From Sulfobacillus benefaciens (GTDB taxonomy: Bacteria; Bacillota; Sulfobacillia; Sulfobacillales; Sulfobacillaceae), in the NCBI GenBank assembly GCA_003023695.1, contig PXYW01000002.1, forward strand, positions 89,619 to 153,618: a stretch of DNA of 64,000 nucleotides, written 5' to 3'. This document shows positions 58,174 to 64,000 of this stretch, piece after piece (positions within the stretch are counted from its first letter, which is position 1; each line of letters opens with the position of its first letter). The position numbers and the translations under genes were made by a program. Below the pieces are notes generated by a model, which did not search any database, was not told the DNA's origin, and was given only the letters and a program-made list of their open reading frames with translations.

Positions 58174-58197
58174 TGTTTTTACTCCCCAGTATGCAAA

Positions 58198-59499
58198 TTA
58201 GTGAAATGTGTCACGGTCCTGACGAATGCGTTGCACGATTCTGGGACCAACCACAGGATGCTCCAATACCTCTTGCGGTAAATATAACCTACGCACACCC
58301 TGGCGTTCTCGTGCTATCGCACTTATAGGCTTTGAAAGGCGCGACATCTCCACTAGCTGTCCGCGTTCCTCATCCCACAAAAATAACGCTCCTTCCTTTC
58401 CGGAAGTACCTTCCTCGCCTAAATAGTAATCATAATAAACTGTGCCGGTTTCGTCGACAAGGCAATAATAGCGTGAATCATATCCCATCCTTTCCACGTC
58501 GCGGGAAATTTCCTGATAGACTTGGGGACTAGATACCGGATACTCAACATATTTGAACAAATGGCGTTCCACTAACCGGGTGCACAAATCAGCGAGTACG
58601 GAATCCGAGGCTTTCTGCCATACGTTAAACGCATTCATTAAAACGCTGTCATCAATTGCCAGGTAGTCGTCGAGGCCAATTTTCCCAGAAAATAATCCCA
58701 CCAATGATGGATGCGGGATAAATACCGTGGCATAGACCTCTTGCGCCCGACTCAAAATTGCCCGTAATAAGACTTCCGCCGATCGGCTCACCGGGTGGAA
58801 ATAGACTTGCCAGTACATAAAATATCTAGCGAGCAAGTAGGCTTCCACCGTATGAAGGCCCGACCTCCGCACCACAATTTTTCCCTCTTTCGGCAGCATA
58901 ATACGAATGATTCGCGCCAAGTCAAACTTCCCGTAATCAACGCCGGTAAAGATCGAGTCGCGCATCAGATAATCAAGCCGATCGGCATCTAATTGACCGC
59001 TAACCAGAGATACTATTAGGGAATTGGCATGCCGCTTGCCAATCACATCCGCCACTTGTTGCGAAAATCCCGGGTAAACTCGTTCTAACACCTGGTGAAC
59101 TTCCGTGGCCGGATCCAAAATAATCCGTTCACTCCACCTTTCATGCCGCATTCCTATTACTTTTTCCAAGGCGTGAGAGTATGCGGCATGACCCACATCA
59201 TGCAATAAACCGCTAACCATGGCTAATCGATCCAATTGATGCGGCCAATCGTACCCATTTCTTTCAAACGCCAAGAGAATTTGCCGGATAACCTCATATA
59301 CTCCTAACGAGTGGGAAAAGCGGGTATGATCTCCCCCAGGATATGTGACCGATGACGTGCCTAATTGTCGAATTCTACGCAGGCGTTGCATCTCACGGGT
59401 ATTGATTAAGGCCCAAATCACCGGATCATGAACGTAGATGTATCCATGCACCGGATCCTTAAAAACTTTTTCCTCTTCCGTCATCTGCTCTGATTCCAT
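58198..59499 (-). CDS. HD-domain phosphohydrolase (dNTP triphosphohydrolase-like)
   Basis: KVFKDPVHGYI, RFSHSLGV, LLHDVGHAAYSH, DADRLDYL.RD. Confidence 0.85.
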   Translation of the reverse strand: MESEQMTEEEKVFKDPVHGYIYVHDPVIWALINTREMQRLRRIRQLGTSSVTYPGGDHTRFSHSLGVYEVIRQILLAFERNGYDWPHQLDRLAMVSGLLHDVGHAAYSHALEKVIGMRHERWSERIILDPATEVHQVLERVYPGFSQQVADVIGKRHANSLIVSLVSGQLDADRLDYLMRDSIFTGVDYGKFDLARIIRIMLPKEGKIVVRRSGLHTVEAYLLARYFMYWQVYFHPVSRSAEVLLRAILSRAQEVYATVFIPHPSLVGLFSGKIGLDDYLAIDDSVLMNAFNVWQKASDSVLADLCTRLVERHLFKYVEYPVSSPQVYQEISRDVERMGYDSRYYCLVDETGTVYYDYYLGEEGTSGKEGALFLWDEERGQLVEMSRLSKPISAIARERQGVRRLYLPQEVLEHPVVGPRIVQRIRQDRDTFH

Positions 59500-59678
59500 G
59501 GCCCACCTCCCCAACTATCCTGTGATTTCCGGGACTATGGTGTGGTTTGCATGAGGGCCCCCGGAATCTCTGCTACAACATTACCATTATCATACGTAAA
59601 ATGAGGGTAATCCCTAGCGGTTCCTGTCGATCTTATGCAGTAACGTGTGACGGGGACAATAACAAGGCTTGTCAAGCC

Positions 59679-59720
59679 AAACAAAATGTACTGAACCCCG
59701 AAGGTACAGCCCTGGGTTCA
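59679..59720 (-). terminator. putative terminator of the small membrane protein gene
   Basis: Stem TGAACCC/GGGTTCA (59692-59698 and 59714-59720), followed on the minus strand by a U-rich tract (CATTTTGTTTGG). Confidence 0.45.
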
Positions 59721-59746
59721 ACATATTGAACGGACTCTTCCGGAAG

Positions 59747-59992
59747 TTATTGCTTGCGATGGCGAAACATAAAGGAAATCGACATGCCAATACCGAAAAG
59801 CACAACCAAAGCACCAGCATCATTAACAAATCCATACAAATGTTTAGAAAGAAAATGACTAATACCAAACAACAGCAATCCGATCGAAATGATGACCGAT
59901 GCGCGGGACATTTTCCCCATCATTCCTAAGGCAATACCAACAATGCCAATGGCTAGTTCCACCCATCCGAACAGAACCGTATTCATCGTCAT
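59747..59992 (-). CDS. small integral membrane protein (81 aa), hypothetical
   Basis: Three hydrophobic segments. No family recognised. Confidence 0.45.
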   Translation of the reverse strand: MTMNTVLFGWVELAIGIVGIALGMMGKMSRASVIISIGLLLFGISHFLSKHLYGFVNDAGALVVLFGIGMSISFMFRHRKQ

Positions 59993-60118
59993 TTCCCCCG
60001 TCGCAACCCGATTTCCCTCATGTTATCCTCAACTTTGCCGAAACGCAACTAACACCTGCCTTGGAGCCGCTACATATGATGACGTTGATCCGCCATCGGG
60101 TGTGAAGGAAGTGATAAG

Positions 60119-61342
60119 GTGTCTCTCAGTACAACCAGAAGGTCCGTAGATTCACGATCCTCTCGTCGCGCCATGCTCTGGATTCTAGCCATTGGCCCAG
60201 GGGTGCTAGGCTTGGCCGCCGACAACGATGCCGGCGGCATGCTGTCCTACTTGGTCACAGGTGCAGCTCATCATTTAGAATGGTTTGTGTTCGCCTTAAT
60301 GAGTATGGTTCCCGTGACCTATACGATTCAAGAACTGGCCTTGCGAGTGGCGATCGCCACTCAAATGCCTTACAGCCATGTGCTGCGGGTGAGATTTGGC
60401 CGCTGGTGGACGGCCATCAATGGCATTGTGTTGCATTTGCTCAATGCCCTCATCCTAGTCACAGAATTTTTGGGAATGACGGCCGCCCTTCATCTTATCG
60501 GCTTTCCATGGTGGTCTGGGGTCGCGATATCGTGGGGACTAGTCATTGGTGTGACGGCCTATCGCCATTATCCGAGTTTGGAACGCCTATTGCTCATGAT
60601 GGCGATCTTTAACTTTGCTTTTATTCCAGCGCTGATCACACTCCATCCCAATCCCCACGCCTGGCAACAAGCCTTCGGCGGAACCTTTACCTCATCCATT
60701 TTCTTTCTGTTGTTGTCACTAGCAGGCAACGCCATTGCCCCTTGGATGATTTATTGGCAGCAAAACGCGGTATGGTCTGGTAATGTACCCTCGTTAAGTT
60801 TCGGCCGTAAGGATATCCGATTAGGCGTCTTGGCCCAAGTCGTTATGGCAGCCATTGTCATGTTGATTGGGGCCTTGGCTAATGGCAGAGGATCGGCATT
60901 GGCCAATCCTCTGCAATGGCTATGGGCTGCCGCTGGTCCGGCAACAGGGCGCCTATTTGCCTTAGGGATTTTTGACGCAGGATTTTTGGCTGCGTGCACC
61001 ATTTCTCTCTCTTCCGCATGGATGCTAAGTGAGGTATTACATGGCACACCCCCACCACGCGCCGTGACGCCTACCGGAGGACGTTCACGATGGATCCATA
61101 TTTCCACCTTGACGATTGCCGCTGCTTGTGTCATGTGGCCACATTTGTCCATCGGCTCGATTGCCCTTTGGGCACAAGCACTCGGTGCACTCTGGATGCC
61201 CATTAGTCTGATTATGCTGATTGTCATTGGCCGAGATATTCGCCTGATGGGGCCTTTGGTGATCCGCCGACGCCGATTGATAGCACTGATTGCCATTGTC
61301 GTGTTGTTTGTCACGCTAGCAGCGTTATCCGGGTTGGCTTAA
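60119..61342 (+). CDS. NRAMP-related divalent-cation transporter with non-canonical metal-site motifs
   Basis: NRAMP/LeuT-fold-like topology. The TM1 motif reads DNDAGG instead of DPGN, and the TM6 region reads AIAPW instead of (A/T)xMPH. Confidence 0.75.
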   Translation: MSLSTTRRSVDSRSSRRAMLWILAIGPGVLGLAADNDAGGMLSYLVTGAAHHLEWFVFALMSMVPVTYTIQELALRVAIATQMPYSHVLRVRFGRWWTAINGIVLHLLNALILVTEFLGMTAALHLIGFPWWSGVAISWGLVIGVTAYRHYPSLERLLLMMAIFNFAFIPALITLHPNPHAWQQAFGGTFTSSIFFLLLSLAGNAIAPWMIYWQQNAVWSGNVPSLSFGRKDIRLGVLAQVVMAAIVMLIGALANGRGSALANPLQWLWAAAGPATGRLFALGIFDAGFLAACTISLSSAWMLSEVLHGTPPPRAVTPTGGRSRWIHISTLTIAAACVMWPHLSIGSIALWAQALGALWMPISLIMLIVIGRDIRLMGPLVIRRRRLIALIAIVVLFVTLAALSGLA

Positions 61343-61416
61343 AGGCCACTTGCTGTCTATACCTCAAACAGTTACAGTTTAAATAACAGCCGTACTTGCT
61401 GCAAGGAGGATCCCAC

Positions 61417-62811
61417 ATGGCTCACCAACAGGCGATTGATTTTTTACGGTCGCACCATCTCGAGCAACTGAAGGATTTAGAAAGTTTTCTGTCAATCCCC
61501 AGCATCTCAGCACTGACTCAACATAAACCCGATATAGAAACCGCCGCCAACTGGCTTCGCTCACGCTTGATCCAGGCCGGATTTTCCAATGCTCGATTAG
61601 ATCAGACAGGTGGCAATCCGGTGGTTGTCGCGGAAGGACCCTATCATCCCGAACGCGCGACAGTCTTAATCTATGGCCATTACGATGTACAGCCGGTAGA
61701 TCCATTAGACAAGTGGCATCACCCTCCCTTCGATCCCACGGTTATCGACGGCATCTTATATGCTCGGGGTTCTAGTGACGACAAGGGACAAGTATACATG
61801 CAGCTCATTGCCGCAGAAGCCTGGATGAAAACAATCGGTGATACCCCAGTTAACCTAAAGTTTTTATTCGAAGGCGAGGAGGAAATTGGCAGCGTCCATC
61901 TCAATGATTATATTCGAACCCATAAAGAATCCCTCAGTGCCGACTTGGCAGTGATCTCCGACACGCCCATGTTTGCCCCCGGGGTACCTGCTATTTGCTA
62001 CGGCTTACGCGGCTTAGCAGCACTGGAAATTACGGTTTTCGGCCCCTTTCAAGACTTGCACTCGGGAGTTTATGGGGGATCCATTATGAATCCGGCACAT
62101 GCTTTGGCCCAGATTATCGCGTCGCTTCATACACCGAACGGCACGGTCGCAGTCGCTGGTTTCTACGACGGCGTCGATCAGTTAAGCTCAAAAGAACGCA
62201 CGGCCTTGAGCTCGCTCCCATTTGACTCCGAGGAATTTCGCCGTTCAACCGGAAGCCCTGAATTATTTGGAGAACCAGGCTATAGCCCTTTGGAACACGT
62301 GTGGACACGCCCAACCATTGAGGTCAACGGAATGTGGTCAGGCTTTATCGGCGAAGGTCGAAAAACCATAGTTCCGGCCACGGCACACGCCAAAATTACC
62401 TGTCGTCTGGTCCCTCACCAAGATCCCCAGCATGTTCTCCAGGTGGTCTCAGATCACATAAAGAACCATTGTCCACCGGGAGTCACCGTAGAAGTGACCT
62501 TAGGCGAGGGTGACCCAGGCACGCTGACCCCATTAGATCACCCATCGGTAACTTCGGCCGAACAGGCCATTCATGAAGTGTATAACAAACCTGCAGCCTA
62601 TATCCGTATGGGGGGATCCATTCCAGTCGTGGTGACTTTCCAAGAGGAATTAAGCATGCCCACTTTATTGCTTGGATTCGCTCTACCCGACGAAAATTTT
62701 CATGCCCCCAATGAACACTTTCACTTAGAGAACTTTTTTAAGGGAAGTGAAACCGTAGCCGCACTGTGGGATTATCTCGGATCCGTAAATCCCCTTGAGT
62801 TCCGACCCTAA
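61417..62811 (+). CDS. M20-family dipeptidase/peptidase
   Basis: YGHYDVQP, ARGSSDDKGQ, FEGEEEIGS. ATG at 61417 preceded by AAGGAGG. Confidence 0.88.
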   Translation: MAHQQAIDFLRSHHLEQLKDLESFLSIPSISALTQHKPDIETAANWLRSRLIQAGFSNARLDQTGGNPVVVAEGPYHPERATVLIYGHYDVQPVDPLDKWHHPPFDPTVIDGILYARGSSDDKGQVYMQLIAAEAWMKTIGDTPVNLKFLFEGEEEIGSVHLNDYIRTHKESLSADLAVISDTPMFAPGVPAICYGLRGLAALEITVFGPFQDLHSGVYGGSIMNPAHALAQIIASLHTPNGTVAVAGFYDGVDQLSSKERTALSSLPFDSEEFRRSTGSPELFGEPGYSPLEHVWTRPTIEVNGMWSGFIGEGRKTIVPATAHAKITCRLVPHQDPQHVLQVVSDHIKNHCPPGVTVEVTLGEGDPGTLTPLDHPSVTSAEQAIHEVYNKPAAYIRMGGSIPVVVTFQEELSMPTLLLGFALPDENFHAPNEHFHLENFFKGSETVAALWDYLGSVNPLEFRP

Positions 62812-62864
62812 AGTCGTTAGCATTAACGTGATGAGTCATTATTTGCTTAAAAGGAGGGAGCGCA

Positions 62865-63782
62865 ATGGACACCTGGGATTCTGAGGGATTTACCATTGGC
62901 CACTTGTCACGAATTGTCATGGCCATGGATCAGCATAACGGGGGTGCGCTCCCGACTGGGGACTCGTTTTCTCCTACTACCCGGCAAGCCACCGAGCGGC
63001 TTATCCGGCGTTTGGAATGTTTGTTATTCCCGGTAGAACATGCCTGGTCTGAAGCCGTGGAAGGCACCCAACTCCAAGCCCGCACCGAGTTGCTAGGGGT
63101 GGTGATCTGGGATTTAGCGCATCAAATACACCGAGCAAAGAGACATCGGTGCGACCCCCAAGACATTCCCTGCCCGGAATTATCCCAAGCATTTGACACC
63201 GCTGTGGAATTTGCCGCTGCATTGCCAGAAGTACTGGCGCAACTCAGTTTGGATGCAGCCGCTGCGTTTTCCGGTGATCCTGCTGCACGCGATACGTCGG
63301 AAATCGTCTCCTGTTATCCAGGGTTTTACGCCATTATGGTTTATCGTCTTGCCCATCGTTTGTTTGAATTTGGCGTGCCGCTATTACCACGATTGATGAC
63401 CGAAATCGCCCATAGTCAAACTGGCATTGACATCCATCCTGGTGCTCGCATTGGATCCAGCTTTTTTATCGATCATGGCACAGGCGTCGTGATCGGCGAA
63501 ACCACCGAAGTAGGCAATGGGGTAACACTCTATCAAGGAGTCACGTTGGGCGCATTAAATTTTCCGCGTGACGAAGCTGGTCAAATTATCCGAGGGCAAA
63601 AACGCCATCCCACCATTGGCGACAATGTTGTGGTTTATTCGGGCGCTACTATTTTAGGCGGTTCCACCACGATTGGCGAGGGCAGCATCATTGGAGGCAA
63701 TGTATGGCTTACCGAAAGTGTGCCGCCATTTTCACGGGTCATTGCCCAACCGAAAATCGAGTTGAAGTCTGGTCACCGATAG
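62865..63782 (+). CDS. cysE: serine O-acetyltransferase (long N-terminal form)
   Basis: Hexapeptide region DIHPGARIGSSFFIDHGTGVVIGETTEVGNGVTLYQGVTLG. ATG preceded by AAAGGAGGG. Confidence 0.88.
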   Translation: MDTWDSEGFTIGHLSRIVMAMDQHNGGALPTGDSFSPTTRQATERLIRRLECLLFPVEHAWSEAVEGTQLQARTELLGVVIWDLAHQIHRAKRHRCDPQDIPCPELSQAFDTAVEFAAALPEVLAQLSLDAAAAFSGDPAARDTSEIVSCYPGFYAIMVYRLAHRLFEFGVPLLPRLMTEIAHSQTGIDIHPGARIGSSFFIDHGTGVVIGETTEVGNGVTLYQGVTLGALNFPRDEAGQIIRGQKRHPTIGDNVVVYSGATILGGSTTIGEGSIIGGNVWLTESVPPFSRVIAQPKIELKSGHR

Positions 63783-63831
63783 TTGAACTTGCTCGCGAGA
63801 AAAACTAACTGTTTAAGGGAGTCTTTGCAGA

Positions 63832-64000
63832 TGGAATACATTCACGACAATAAGCCACCGTTGTCCACTGGTACTAGCAGTATTTTTTTGGACATCATTG
63901 TCCATAAGCCGCAGGATAAAGATACACGACCTTTGGTGGCGTTCTTAGAAACACATAATCTGGGTGAACGTTCACAAACAGTGGAGTGGCAAAATGAATT
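63832..64000 (+). CDS. hypothetical protein, 5' part only (runs off the window)
   Basis: ATG at 63832 preceded by AAGGGAG, open to the window end (MEYIHDNKPPLSTGTSSIFLDIIVHKPQDKD...). Not in the ORF track because no stop is reached. Confidence 0.35.

Noticed and set aside
58198-59499. HD-domain dNTPase-like protein as an anti-phage dGTPase-type defence gene
   Set aside because: Its context (csaA, glycosyltransferase, dehydrogenase) is housekeeping-like, with no mobile elements or other defence genes nearby. This family is widespread as a core gene in Firmicutes.
59716-59731. Perfect palindrome GTTCAA-CATA-TTGAAC as a regulator binding site
   Set aside because: It overlaps the 3' arm of the putative terminator hairpin of the small membrane-protein gene and lies more than 200 nt from the next start codon. 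It is probably part of alternative 3'-end structure rather than an operator, but this is untested.
59993-60118. Mn2+ (yybP-ykoY) or Mg2+ (M-box) riboswitch upstream of the NRAMP-related gene
   Set aside because: The region is only about 125 nt, and I could not recognise the conserved cores of either riboswitch class.
1-64000. CRISPR arrays, tandem repeats, rRNA, prophage or canonical defence-system genes
   Set aside because: Scanning intergenic regions by eye showed no regularly spaced direct repeats and no cas, restriction-modification, toxin-antitoxin or phage structural signatures. This is a visual scan only. A repeat finder and a defence-system HMM scan would be decisive.

Overview
This 64-kb chromosomal window (about 50% GC) appears to come from a spore-forming Firmicute. 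The evidence is an alpha/beta-type SASP gene, a yhbH-spoVR-prkA cluster and GGAGG-type ribosome-binding sites. The gene content is compatible with an acidophilic, Sulfobacillus-like organism, but that is only a guess. Most of the window is core metabolism and maintenance: polA-mutM, glnA, a complete his operon (hisC-Z-G-D-B-H-A-F-IE), a csoR-copA-copZ copper operon, acyl-CoA metabolism and cysE. Two stretches are accessory and decaying. At 4.9-7.0 kb, tRNA-Leu is followed by an rve-type IS carrying an internal inversion and then by a solo IS607 tnpA. At 10.8-17.3 kb there is an IS3 remnant, an agmatinase-family gene with one in-frame TGA, a frameshifted creatininase-family remnant, an intact NCS1 permease and a SWIM-domain pseudogene. 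I found no CRISPR array, no recognisable defence system, no prophage and no rRNA. The best candidates for undescribed biology are: (i) a Trp-rich orphan gene divergent from a four-gene operon at 32.5-37.6 kb (small protein, OmpR-type regulator, histidine kinase, secreted repeat protein with a Met/His-rich N-terminus); (ii) a high-GC, Trp-rich gene with degenerate ADP-ribosylglycohydrolase-like motifs abutting acuC, opposite a GNAT-first Pat-like acetyltransferase and acs (39.9-46.6 kb); (iii) an NRAMP-related transporter with non-canonical metal-site motifs. All functional calls rest on motifs I recognised by eye in the supplied translations. No database search was run.
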